A DNA stretch of 62,959 bases, filler included, from Octopus bimaculoides (GCF_001194135.2; 7 parts of 7 records of this genome joined end to end with filler, not necessarily neighbours in it), one strand, 5' to 3'; counted from the whole stretch's first letter, positions 38,505-51,934 are shown. The notes: generated by a model not told the origin, from the letters alone. Translations and numbers: made by a program.

Positions 38505-39312
38505 AATGTTTCTTTATTAACCACACAGGGCTGAACAAAGAGCGGACAAGTTACAAAGTAGAGCTTTATTTTTGAGGAGGAGAAGGATGGAAACAAAAGA
38601 AAAAAGAAAAAGCGGGGGTTAATTTTCGATCAAAAGGGATAGTAAATAAAAACGATCAATATGGACCGTGTCTCACAGAAATGTCATGATGTAAAGTGTT
38701 AAGGCGGAAACAGATTAGGTTTATCCGTGGTAAGAGAAACCTACGGAAAAGACTACGGTCACCTTGGCCAATAAAGTAATGCAGAAAAACACATTAGAGT
38801 AAGTGACTGTCTTTTTACCTTCTTTTTATCTGACTCATAGGGTTATGCTCAAAGTGGCTCCGTCATTCACACGTGCCATCCTTGCTACATTCACCCATCT
38901 TTTTTTGAAGCATTCACTAGACAAGACTTCCCTTTCTACTCTCACCTTCCTCTTCAGGTGATACTTGAAGAAGTTGATGAGAGATTCACCAGAAAGGAAA
39001 GTGTTTGTCTCTAGACCTTCCAGACGCGTCCACCATATACATTTTTCGCCATAGCCACAAGTACGATGAAAATATCTCTTCCTTCCCGTTTAAAAGAAGG
39101 AGGCGCGACAATATTCACGATAGACTCGGCTGATAGACCGACTCGTCCCACACGCGATAGCAGTTGTTCGACATAGGCCCACAAGTCGGAAATGGTTGGA
39201 CACTGTACGAGGCCGTGCAGAACGGTTTCGTCGTTCTGTCCGTATCTCGCGCAGGTCAACCCCGTGTTTCTCGAGCCATGCCTGTAGAGCTTATCCCGAA
39301 TGGGGGAAACTG
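38505..39312 (-). mobile_element. L1/Tx1-type LINE 3' end (zf-RVT, 3' UTR, AATAAA)
   Basis: IRDKLYRHG..TCARYGQNDETVLHGLVQCPTISDLW; frameshifted FFKYHLKRKVRVER..FKKRWVNVARM; AATAAA at 38513-38518 (minus) then (TCTA)n. Confidence 0.88.
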
Positions 39313-39372
39313 TCCATATGTTTTATAACTTGTTTAAAGTATAATATTATTTACTTATCCTCTCATTTTCAG

Positions 39373-39472
39373 TATGCTTAAAATCAGAGCTGAAAGAACG
39401 GAGATATCGCAATTGGAATTCCTTCCAAACCGTAAACGCTATCATTACTTCAGAACAATCAAACGTATTCAG
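39373..39472 (+). other. Candidate 100-nt exon of unknown product
   Basis: TTATCCTCTCATTTTCAG acceptor, CAG|GTATGA donor, two open frames; no recognisable domain. Confidence 0.2.
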
Positions 39473-39864
39473 GTATGAAGATAATCGCAATGGAGCAAAT
39501 TATTGCCATCTTTAAGATGTGACTGTCGTGGAACACAGTTTCTGACTTATAAGCATTGTAATGGTTTCGTAGCTTTTACTTTCAGACAAATGGTGAGCAT
39601 TTGATTGACATCTGCTCTACAATTCTATACGGAGGTTTAGATCCAAACTAGAATATTAGGCAATTATATCGAGGGAATTTTACTTGACGATGTGTTTTCA
39701 TCATGCGTTTCAGTTTTCTTCCTCCATCGTTCATTATATATATGGGTTAAATATCATTTATATTTTCTGCTTGTTTATCTAGATAAAGGTATGCACTTTC
39801 ATACCGTGTTCAAGATATAAAGCTGCTGGTGCATAGATTTTCATATAATCCCAGAAACACATAC

Positions 39865-40135
39865 ACTTTTACCGAACCGCTAACTTATGGGGACTCAAAC
39901 ACACCAGCATCGGTTGTCAAGCGATTATGGGAGGGGGGGAAACACCGACGCATAAACATACACACACACATACAAGGAGATTCATTCAGTTTCCGTCTAC
40001 CATATCCACTCACAAGGCTTTGGTCAGCCCGAGGCTATATTAGAAGACACTTGCCGAAGGTGCCATGCAGTGAGACTAAGCCCGGAACCGTGTGGTTAGT
40101 AAGAAAGTTACTTACCACTCAGCCACTCCTGTATT
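39865..40135 (-). mobile_element. SINE family B copy
   Basis: Reverse-complement match to 51066-51160 plus 51616-51800 (GGAGTGGCTGAGTGGTAAG head, GCAAGTGTCTTCT, CTTGACAACCGATG). Confidence 0.85.
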
Positions 40136-42702
40136 AACCATAGCATTATTTCAACATTAAAGTCTTATATGTTTACCTAATATTTGTAAGGTGTTACAAT
40201 CCTGTTCCGATGTTTCGCTTTCGACGATATAAATTTTGTTTTCAAAAGTATTCTGCTGTAGAAGTAAGTCCGTTATTCGGTATTTGTTCCACAACTAACC
40301 CGTTGCTTCATTTAGGCAATTTAGAGTATGCAGCTTAAACCTCACAAGAGAAAACATCTTTTCTTTTTCAATGCAAGACTCAAACAGGAAGACATGCACA
40401 GGATAGAAGTTTTAAAACATTCAAGACATGTTGACACCATATACTCATATACACACACACACAAATATACCTACATATACATATANNNNNNNNNNNNNNN
40501 NNNNNNNNNNNNNNTATATATATATTTCAATACGCGTGCTGGTGACGGGCCTGCAATCGCCTATATTATTGATTCTGTTGTTATCTTTTTAAATTGTTAC
40601 TAGATAATAACTGAGTTAATGATATCTTCGCAAATTATGTTTTCGTGAATTATTTGTTCCGTATTGAAATCATTTTCACACTGGCGGCTGCCATGATTTC
40701 GGCGCAAAATGAATCATTTGCAGCGCAGACTTCAGCACGATGGGTTGGGAGTCTCTATCGTGGCAACGCGCACTGAAGAAGCTAAGGCTATTTTTGCCAG
40801 TGCAGCAACCGGTCCACTTGAGTCCGAATACTTGAATATACGTTGGCAGATTGTCTTAACCTGTTTGCCTTCATACGGTTGATTTCTGTAGTTATTATCA
40901 GTGTAATTTGGTGATTTAACTAAGAGTCTTGACTGTTATTTCCGCAGGTAGACATACTTAGTATGTCCTTTCATTAATTATACACACACCCACACACAAA
41001 CACAGCAGATATATATGTATATCAGTTTAAGGATGTGGGTGTGCGCATTTGTATATATTCCAAGTATTCTGCAGCGTATACGCATGCGTACGAGTATTTA
41101 TATAATCATGCATGTAAATATATATATATATATATATATATAAATACTCATACATGTATATGTATATTTATATATACACATATGCATATATATATATGTA
41201 TGTATAGATGCATGTATATACACACATATGCATTTGCATAAATGCACACACATAAAAACACGCACATATATACTTTTATTACAAACACAATACGATTTAA
41301 ACAATTGAGCACAATTATATATTCCTTTAAAATATCTGCAAAAATTCAACACAATATAGCTTAGACTATGGAACTGTAAAAAAAATTGCCATAGAATCAA
41401 AATATTCATATGCATAACTGCATATATACATACATTTACATGTATGTGCGTGTGTGTGAGAGAGAGAGAGATAAATTGTGAAAATAATATGTATATGTAT
41501 GTGTTTGCTTTCGTGTGTGCATGAATATTTATGTGACGTGAAAGGTAAAGATCTTTCATTGAAAATGGCATAACATAGAAGAGAAAAACACAAGAGGCGA
41601 TAGAACTGCAACTAAAATATATGCAAAAAAATTGTACAAGGAACCGTCAAACAACTAACAAAGTAACACTAATAATATATACAAATTAAAAACATATTTG
41701 ACGAACAAGTAAATTCTTTTCCGCGCACAATAACATTAAACTAGCAACGGCACATCTTTCTAATGATATCCCAATTGTATAAGAATATGTTTATTTTTTC
41801 ATACATTCGTCTTTTGAGGAATCGATGATAAACAGATGTATAAATATGTAAAATGTAAACTTAGTCCCATAGATGTCATTATGTATGCTACATGTATTTG
41901 GAATACTACATTAGATGAGCGTTAACTAGTGTACAACGGTGGTACAGGACAATGAACGTGGGAACATCTACCGAAAAGGAAATAAGTTTTTCGTCGAAAA
42001 CATAAATATTTATGTTCAATTTATTGGCCGATATAAATAATCTAAAAACACATGCGCACTTACAGCATATCACAGATATATTTGCATGCGAGTGTTTCAT
42101 TTTCTCTCCGTATCTATATATAACTTTGTTCGTAAAGGTAAATACTTATGTATTTATGCACACACACACACTCATATATATATATACATATATATATTTA
42201 TATATTTATGTGTGTGTGTGTCAGTATTCACACACATACATATGGATATACATACATGCATGCATACATAGATACATATATACATATAAATGTTTTTGAA
42301 AGCATACATATGTCTGTGTACGAAACTATATGCAAATGAATGTATGTAAATACACCCCAACTTTCCCACACACAAATATATATATATACATATATATATA
42401 TANNNNNNNNNNCACTCATATATATATATACAGGTATAATTATGTAACTTTATATAGATATACAGGCAAACATGTATATGTCTTTTAACTATATATGTCT
42501 GTGTGTATGAGAAGCGTGACTGCGCAAACATCATGAATGCGTCTTATTCTGGAAATCCAATACTGTGACTATGGAAACATGTGTACTTAGTTACTACGAC
42601 TGAAATATCTAGTCACAAATAACTAGTTTTATATTTATAGTTGCATATGCGTCTACATACATGTACATATTACATAGTATAACACACAAATGTGTATGTA
42701 TG

Positions 42703-42760
<58 letters not shown>

Positions 42761-42788
42761 CATAAATATATAGGCATTAGCAGTAGCC

Positions 42789-42843
<55 letters not shown>

Positions 42844-45134
42844 GAGATACAGACAGAGACAGAGACAGAGAGATACAGACAGAGACAGAGACAGAGAGAT
42901 ACAGACAGACAAGACAGATAGACAGAAAGTGATAAATAGATAGATAGATAGATACGCACGAAAATATAAACATGGTCGTTAGATATTCAACATTGATAAT
43001 GGCGTCTTGTGTGAGGATGTGACAGGAGGAAACAAAGAATCTGTGTGCACTGTTGCACGTGTTAAGTATTTCTGGATATGATGGGTTCAAAAAGACGTTA
43101 TTTTAAAAATGAATTAAAACGTTTATATGTAATAAATAGAAGTTCACGTGTTCCTTTTCTTTGTTTTTTTTTTGTTTGTTTTTTTCTTTTCATTTTTGTT
43201 TTTATTTGCAGAAATTATATACTATTATTACCGTTTTCAGAAAGAATATTGGTTTTTGCTGCAGCATGGAAACATTATAAGAGAAGTATGCTGCATTTTC
43301 TAAATATGTATTAATATTTCGCTTCTTTTCTATATTTATTTCCAAGTACATTCAATTGCTTATATATAAGGATACATTATCTTGTTATTTCTAGGGATAG
43401 ACATTCTGCCAATAAAATTTAAAAAAAAAAAAAAAAAAATACATGAACTGCTATGCCGCTGCTTATTTTGCTAATTAACTATTCAATGGTTTATTTAACG
43501 TGTTGATTGAAAATTGGTTGTCAGCTTTGTCTTTCTGGGTCATCTCGTTGCTATTCGGAACCTGATCATTGACGTGCTTTCACTCTTCGAACTTTGCTTT
43601 GCGTCTGACTGAGAATTAGACTTCTGTCTATCTGTGTGTGATTGTGCATATATGTATGTATCTATGAATTTATGTATGTACGTATTATGAATATGTGGGA
43701 GTGTTTACTTACGGGTGTGCTTTTCTTGTATGTGTATGTATGTGTGTGTGATTCCTGTATCTCTCTGTACGTGTGTGTATGGTGTAGCCTAATTTTGTTT
43801 TTAAATAATTAAGCGCCTGCATATATCTGTACTTTTTGTGTACGTATATGTGCCCGCGCATGTATGTGTGATTGCATGTCTGTATGTACACTTTTGCATA
43901 TCTATGTATGCGTGTGTGTGCTCGTATGTCTGTGTGTGTCTGTGTTGTTGAATGCATGTGCGTGTCTTTGTGTGTGTATGCGTGTGTATGCGTGTGCGTG
44001 GATGTGTACTGGAATTGTTCATAATTACATGCATTCATATTTTTGAATTTCCCTGTAACGTGCTAATACCACTCTATGTATACTTACCGGTACCCACATA
44101 TTTTCTTCGACCCAAACACCTACGCTCATTGTGTGCATGTGTTGTGTGGATTGTGACAGTGGTGTTGTGGTTTTATTATTTGCTATGTACATTTTCTATT
44201 TAGTGTTGGCATTGTCTCATAAATGAGTCAGAGCCAATATGCATTTTATTTGATAGTCTACATGCTCGGAGGGTGATTGTAGAAGCTAAAAATATAACAC
44301 ATGTTGGGAAAGCGTCTAGGAGTTTAGCTGAAAGGTTAGCCTAGTGGGGGATTTTGAAGACATAAAACAGTCGTCAATACTCTACCAACACAGAGATTAA
44401 CATTGCGGAATGTTGAATCAAATTAGTGTAAATACCCGAGAGCTTCATATCTTAGACACACACGTAAGTCTGTTCACATACATGAGACAGTTCCAACTAA
44501 TTTAAGCCTCAATCGTTGGCTTCTTAATTCCCAAAATTGTGCTCCCATGGATTCCTAAGAGGAAAACGGTTAAGAAAGGCACTAACTGCCTGCAATACAA
44601 AGACCGGGTTGGTGGCCAAGTTCTAGGAGGTATTCAATGATCTTCTCCTGGAAACAATGTATTCTCAGGAAAACCTGGCATGCGCTAGGTCCCGGAGCTG
44701 TCTTGAGGCCTAGGTGGAAGGTAAGGAATACTGCTGATAGTAAACTGGTACTGATCCGTGATAGAATATTCAACAAAAAAAGTATTCCATCTGGTGAGAG
44801 ATAAATATTATTATAAAAAGGTCACAATACATGTATTAAATCGCTACTAATAGTTTCATATGTTGCGAGAACTCAATAATATACTTGAGGTGCAAATCAC
44901 ATATCATAACGAAGTGTAAAATTGAATAAATAGAAGAAACGTGATGTAGCTGAGAAGGCAGCATATAGAAAAGGCAGACAGTAAAAAACGGAAAACTAAA
45001 ATCGGAAAGCGAAACTAAAATATCAAAAGTAAAATGTGCTCTCCTTCTTAGGTTTTAAATGATAAGGCTGCGAAGATTCAAGTCAGTCAGGAATAGGCGG
45101 AAGTTTGCAATTCTTCCGCATATATTTATACATA

Positions 45135-45725
45135 TGCATGCATCTACTGAAAATTTCTGGAGTTCAATAGAGAGTTATGAATTTTAGATCTGAACATGAA
45201 AAACGTTCTTTCAGCCATACAAAGTCTACATTTATTTAATCCATTCACACAAGGTATGGATTTCTCAATTATTTTCCATTGAATCACATGCAGTGTTTTT
45301 TTGTTATACTTCAAAGTCCAAACGCAGTTAGCCAACTTAGTGACTTCACTTTTGTTTCTATGTCGGAAGGAAGCTATGTGATTGGTATAACGATTTTTAA
45401 ATCCCCTTCACATAATCCAACACAGGTCTTCTCATCAGATGTATTATTATTTAGGGTTGCAGTAAATTTTGATTCCTATATGACAGATTCAGTCTCATAT
45501 CGTTGGACAACTGAACAGGATCCTGGGTAGCAATAGGTGTAGCTAGATTCAGGTTCTGTGAGCTGACCACGTGCAATGAAACTCTTCATGTTTGGGCAGC
45601 AGCTATATGATAATTTCCTGTATCTGTGAGTAGCTGGAAAGTGTTTGTCTACGAGTGACAGGAATCTATTACATATCTTAGTTTTTATATTAAAGGAAAA
45701 GGGAGGGTGAACCAAATTATTTTCC
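45135..45725 (-). mobile_element. Penelope-like element ORF C-terminus (linker plus GIY-YIG)
   Basis: HPPFSFNIKTKICNRFLSLVDKHFP..SYSCCPNMKS; ESVI*ESK..EKTCVGLCEGD; NRYTNHIASFRH..LANCVWTLK; WKIIEKS..CRLCMAE..LLNSRN. Confidence 0.9.
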
Positions 45726-47521
45726 TAGGCCTATTGTTTGGTTTCTTTATATCCTGATTAATACTAGGTATAACATATGTATGCATACATATGAATATCA
45801 TATATATATATAATATATTATATATATGTATATATATTATATATATATATATATATATCTAGATACACATATAAAGGAATATGTGTGTGTGATTGTGTGT
45901 GTGTGTGAGTGTGTGTGTGTGTGTGTGTGATATACATCTGCATGGTATGTATGTATAAACATGAAGATGTGGAAAAACAAATTTCTTTCAACAATTAATT
46001 ATTCAACGACGGAATCGGCATAAAAAGTAGCGAAGTTAATGAAGAAAACACATTATCAATCATTATTAATTATCTTTTTATTTCAACAAGTACAGGAAAC
46101 AAGTCCAGGCATGTTTCAGTCATATTATGAAGTACTTGTCGGAGAAATAATAGAAGAATTAATTAGTAAATTGCCAGGAGATTAACATTACTAATTATCT
46201 TGTCACAGTGAACTGTCATAGTAATTAGACACAGAGATCTTCAGCGTTAACTAGCCACCTGTAGAAATTTGTGGAAAAATTTGAAGATGCTGGCATAGCA
46301 ACTCTCTGAGGTGCTCATTTTGTGATACGTGTTTATTTCCTTCAGTGCCAAAAGTATGAGTGCAATTCATTTGTGTGTAGATGGCGAGCAAACCTTTAAG
46401 TGTCTAGCAGGAATGATGAGACTTTTAGTAATATCAGTTCGTTTAAAATATGATTTAATTTGCGTCACAATAATTCTAAATGTGGTTATTCCATCTTGTC
46501 TTTGTTATATTTAAACATACTCTCTCCTAACCCGTCACACTGGCTACTTTCAATTTCAGATCATAACATACGTAGTTGTGCCTGCTAAATAAGTCTATGC
46601 TCACACACATGTTTAAATGCCCTTCTTCGGACACGCACGGATGACCTTTAACTATAGGTAATCTCCGTAGGAGGAAATCTGGGGTCAAATGTTTTCCACC
46701 ACAAACAACTACGGGAATTATCTCTGATTATAACATGAAGAAAATTGCCGATGAAAACAGCTTATTTATATCGCTGATCATCGAACAGGGAAAGAGGTAA
46801 TACGACGAGGTTTTAAGCAAGTTTGGAATCCAGAAATTTAAGCATTGATGACCTTACACATTCTCTAAAATTATAAATCCCTTACCTCATGTTAAATGAG
46901 AATGAACGGTGATAGTCTGTGAGCCTGAACATATAACTGGATAATTCTGCGTGGTAATGTAAGCTCCAAAAGAAATGAGTTTCCACTGAAGGCGTCAAAC
47001 AACTAAAAGTTATATTGATAGTTTAAATTTTATGAATGACCGCAGCTAATATCTTGCGTAACGCTTAACTCCACGCCAGCCCAACGTAGCAGATATATTC
47101 CATATGTTAAAATGTGACCCATCAGTTTCCATTCCGTTTCTTTTTGAGTGACTAGAAATATATAATTTCATATAAACTTCATTCTTAAAAGAGTCCATAA
47201 TTATTTCTCTGCTATTTCAAAGAAGTCTGACTGACGTCCTTGGTAGTAGATATATTTGGAATATGATTTAGGGCGACCATGAAGAAGAAAATCTGTACAA
47301 AAGGGTCTTAGACTTTTTGGAGGGCAACCAGATTGAACCATCTCAAGTGTAACTGTCCGAAATGGTTGTGACTTCTGTAACTTGACTGAAGAACGAAAGC
47401 CACGAATGACCCGTCTTTTTATGCTTGTCTTTCTAATTGCTGTTTCTCTTGTCCGCTTTCGCATCGTCTATCTGTCCGAATGTTTTAATGTCCTCTCTTG
47501 CGTTTTTGTTCCATATACATA

Positions 47522-47582
<61 letters not shown>

Positions 47583-48079
47583 ACACACACAACATACGGA
47601 ATATATATGCTTAAGTAGATATAAGAATAGATATATTCGAATATAAGCCTATATGCTCACTCTCATTTCTCTCTCACACACATACAGACACGCAGACGTG
47701 CACGCATCACACACATGCGCACACATGCACACACAAAGACATACTCTCTCCTACACACTCACACACATAGTAGCAAGCACAGACATTCCTAAAAACTCTG
47801 ATCTGAAAATCCGCTGAAAATAGAAATGCCAGATTTCCATTCCACAATTTTTGTAGGGATAGAATCCTAAAAAAGGGAAGCAGGTGAGAAGTAGTTCTCA
47901 TATGAAGAAACATTTTGACACCATTTTTGCATTCCAAGATAATGCCTCTCGTGGAATCTGGCCAAGATCCTGCTGAAATTACCAACCATCTACCATTATC
48001 CATTTCTTTTCTTTGATTCAGTGGATAATTCTTGCCGTATTTCGGTGTTTACAATAATATTGCGCTGAGGAAAATATTC

Positions 48080-48166
48080 TTATTATTATTATGATGATTA
48101 TTATTATTATATATGTTGCTGCTGCTGATACTACTACTACTACTAATAATAATAATAATAATAATA

Positions 48167-48207
<41 letters not shown>

Positions 48208-48274
48208 TACTATTACTAATACTACTACTACTATTACTATTACTACTACTACTACAACGACGATGATGATGATG

Positions 48275-48316
<42 letters not shown>

Positions 48317-48508
48317 GTTATTATTATTATATTAATAAAAATCCTACTGCCCCTAGTTCTTTCGTTGTTGCTTTGTATTCGTATTCCTATTCTGGTAGAA
48401 TTGCCTGCACATTTCGTACAACTTTGCGATCTGAGTTCAAATTCCGCTGGAACCGTTTTTGCTTTTCATCCTATATGAGAAGGAATTATTATTATTATTA
48501 TAATTATA

Positions 48509-48541
<33 letters not shown>

Positions 48542-48616
48542 ATTATAATTATAATTATTATTATTATTATTATTATTATAATTATTATTATTATTATAAT
48601 TATAATTATAATTATA

Positions 48617-48652
<36 letters not shown>
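48080..48652. repeat. Mosaic trinucleotide tracts (ATT/ACT/GAT/TAA)n
   Basis: Directly visible; interrupted by a degenerate SINE head at ~48380-48475. Confidence 0.95.
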
Positions 48653-48654
<2 letters not shown>

Positions 48655-48996
48655 ATCAAAATTAAAAGAAGAGTGCCATTTGTTATCTGGTGAACGATAT
48701 TTCGACATCTCGTGTGTCTTCAACTGGTTCAAAAAATAAATTTGTCAATCTACTTCATTTTGGTTAATATAGNNNNNNNNNNNNNNNNNNNNNNNNNNNN
48801 NNNNNNNNNNNNNNNNTTAATTAATTAANNNNNNNNNNNNNNNNNNNNNNNNNNNNNNNNNNNNNNNNNNNNATATATATATATATACACGCGCACACAT
48901 ATGTACACACACATACACACATTCATATTATACATGATTTGAAAGTAAACAACTACAAACAAAAACGATACAAAGCAGCTGTATACTAATTTTTTA

Positions 48997-49028
<32 letters not shown>

Positions 49029-50458
49029 TGATAAGATTCGTGAAATTCCCTAGATGTCACGAGACTGTAAACACCGGAAGCATATCGCACCGGAAGTTTA
49101 TCCACCGCTTGCCGGTGCCATCGTCATCATTCGTCATCAGCCTCGTCATCGACGTTATCATCACCATCATCATCATCATCATCATCATCGCCACCATGAC
49201 CACCACTACCACAACAATCACCGTACTACGAATATCTCCATCGCTGCGGTAATAAGTATAATATTTCAAATGGCTTAAGATTGAAGTAATCTTTACCATA
49301 GTTCGATGTGGTGAGCACGATAACTTTAAATTTATGCAGACTACACCGGATTAGAAGTGTTCAATAACGATTAACTAAACTAAATAAGAACAAAAATTAT
49401 TTTTAAATATATATATATATATATATTTCGTATGTGTATTTCGTGTGCAAGATTCTTGATGTGGATACGTGTGTTGAAAGAAATACAATTAAACCTTGGG
49501 AGAGGCATTATGCCTGTAATAAACACACGCACTGGTTCAGTCCTTTATTAATTTATATAGTTTTTTGTTAAATTATTTCATTGCACTCTTGCAATCTCTT
49601 CAGTAACTTGTCTCTCCACTTCCATTTATTTTGAATGTATGATCTAGCGTTGTTTTGGCGTTGTTTCGAAACTGTTTGGTATGAGCATGTGAGTGTGTGC
49701 AAGCTCGTATGTGTGCACGCTCATATGTATGCACGCACTTATGNNNNNNNNNNNNNNNNNNNNNNNNNNNNNNNNNNNNNNNNNNNNNNNNNNNNNNNNN
49801 NNNNNNNNNNNNNNNNNNNNNNNNNNNNNNNNNNNNNNNNNNNNNNNNNNNNNNNNNNNNNNNNNNNNNNNNNNNNNNNNNNNNNNNNNNNNNNNNNNNN
49901 NNNNNNNNNNNNNNNNNNNNNNNNNNNNNNNNNNNNNNNNNNNNNNNNNNNNNNNNNNNNNNNNNNNNNNNNNNNNNNNNNNNNNNNNNNNNNNNNNNNN
50001 NNNNNNNNNNNNNNNNNNNNNNNNNNNNNNNNNNNNNNNNNNNNNNNNNNNNNNNNNNNNNNNNNNNNNNNNNNNNNNNNNNNNNNNNNNNNNNNNNNNN
50101 NNNNNNNNNNNNNNNNNNNNNNNNNNNNNNNNNNNNNNNNNNNNNNNNNNNNNNNNNNNNNNNNNNNNNNNNNNNNNNNNNNNNNNNNNNNNNNNNNNNN
50201 NNNNNNNNNNNNNNNNNNNNNNNNNNNNNNNNNNNNNNNNNNNNNNNNNNNNNNNNNNNNNNNNNNNNNNNNNNNNNNNNNNNNNNNNNNNNNNNNNNNN
50301 NNNNNNNNNNNNNNNNNNNNNNNNNNNNNNNNNNNNNNNNNNNNNNNNNNNNNNNNNNNNNNNNNNNNNNNNNNNNNNNNNNNNNNNNNNNNNNNNNNNN
50401 NNNNNNNNNNNNNNNNNNNNNNNNNNNNNNNNNNNNNACAACTCATTTCTATAGCTAA

Positions 50459-50583
50459 GTGAACTAGAGCAACGTGAAATAAAATGCCTTGCTCAAGAAC
50501 ACAACACGTAGCCCGCTCTGGGATTCAAACTCACAACCTCACGATCGTAAGCTCGATGCTCTAACCACTGAGCCATGCGCCTT

Positions 50584-50586
<3 letters not shown>
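50459..50586 (-). mobile_element. SINE family C tRNA-like head
   Basis: A-box TGGCTCAGTGG and B-box GTTTGAATCC, then GTGTTCTTGAGCAAGGCATTTTATTTCACGTTGC. Confidence 0.85.
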
Positions 50587-50644
<58 letters not shown>

Positions 50645-50690
50645 GTGTGTGTATATATGTATGTATGTACACACACACACACGTGTGTGT

Positions 50691-50730
<40 letters not shown>

Positions 50731-50830
50731 NNNNNNNNNNNNNNNNNNNNNNNNNNNNNNNNNNNNNNNNNNNNTTAATTAATTAANNNNNNNNNNNNNN
50801 NNNNNNNNNNNNNNNNNNNNNNNNNNNNNN

Positions 50831-50970
50831 CTTTGCCTTTCATCCTTTCGGAGTCAATAAATTAAGTACCAGTTACGCACAGGGGTCGATCTAATCGACT
50901 TAATCCCTTTGTCTGTCCTTATTTGTCCCCTCTATGTTTAGCCCCTTGTGGGAAGTAAACAAATAAGTAA
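50831..50970 (+). mobile_element. SINE family A 3' half (5' part lost in gap)
   Basis: CTTTGCCTTTCATCCTTTCGGAGTC...GTCCCCTCTATGTTTAGCCCCTTGTGGG. Confidence 0.88.
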
Positions 50971-51065
50971 GTTGTGCAAAAGTATATTCGGAAGAGGAAG
51001 GTGTATAGCTGACTATCAGCTGCAGAAGTTTATATTGTTCATTTGAGAACTGTGTGTGCATGAGT

Positions 51066-51701
51066 AGGCGCAGGAGTGGTTGTGCGGTAAGAAGCTTGCT
51101 TCCCAACCATATGGTTCCAGGTTCAGTCCCACTGCGTTGCACCTTGGGCAAGTGTCTTCTTATTTCTTTATTGCCCACAAGGGGCTAAACATAGAGGGGA
51201 CAAACAAGGACAAACAAGGACAGACAAAGGGATTAAATCGATTACATCGACCCCAGTGTGTAACTGGTACTTAATTTATCGACCCCGAAAGGATGAAAGG
51301 CAAAGTTGACCTCGGCGGAATTTGAACTCAGAACGTAATGGCAGACGAATCCCCCCCCCTGCGTGCTAATGTTTCTTATTTCTTTATTGCCCACAAGGGG
51401 CTAAAAATAGAGGGGACAAATAAGGACAAGGGGATTAAGTCCATTACATCGACCCCAGTGTGTAACTGGTACTTAATTTATGAACCCCGAAAGGATGAAA
51501 GTCGACCTCGGCGGAATTTGAACTCAGAACGTAACGGCAGACGTATATACCGCTAAGCATTTCGCCCGGTGTGCTAACGTTTCTGCCAGCTCGCGGCCTT
51601 GGTCAAGTGTCTTCTGCTATAGCGTCGGGCCGACCAAAGCCTTCTGAGTAGATTTGATTGACGGAAACTGAAAGAAGCCCGTCGTATATATATATATATA
51701 T

Positions 51702-51740
<39 letters not shown>

Positions 51741-51903
51741 ACCATTGCTTGACAACCGATTTTGGTGTGTTGGCGTCTCCGAAAATTAGCGGTTCAGTAA
51801 AAGGGACCGATAGAATAAGTACTAAGCTTACTAAAAAATAAGTCCTGGCGGTGCTCCAGCATGACCGCAGTTAAATGACTGAAACAAGTAAGAATAAAAG
51901 AGA
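51066..51903 (+). mobile_element. Full-length SINE family B interrupted by a nested insertion
   Basis: Head AGGCGCAGGAGTGG..GGTTCAGTCCC; body resumes at 51616; tail GCGGTGCTCCAGCATGACCGCAG..GACTGAAACAAGTAA. Confidence 0.9.
51161..51600 (-). mobile_element. Tandem dimer of SINE family A nested in SINE B
   Basis: Two copies (51161-51375, 51376-51600) flanked by CCTTGGGCAAGTGTCTTCT (51142-51160) and CCTTGGTCAAGTGTCTTCT (51597-51615). Confidence 0.9.

Positions 51904-51934
<31 letters not shown>

Noticed and set aside
40700-40860. LAKIALASSVRVATIE resembling a hAT dimerisation motif
   Set aside because: Lacks ERSFS and other supporting motifs.
44840-44885. Possible hammerhead remnant after the 45-kb PLE, and a half motif at 46107-46130
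   Set aside because: CUGANGA core absent or with three mismatches; not supportable.
46346-46420. CVDGEQTFKC, EGF-like after a good acceptor
   Set aside because: Other EGF cysteines missing, phase incompatible with the 19.4-kb exon, and no good donor.
50459-50586. tRNA gene
   Set aside because: A and B boxes are present but the sequence continues into a SINE body and lacks a proper acceptor stem.
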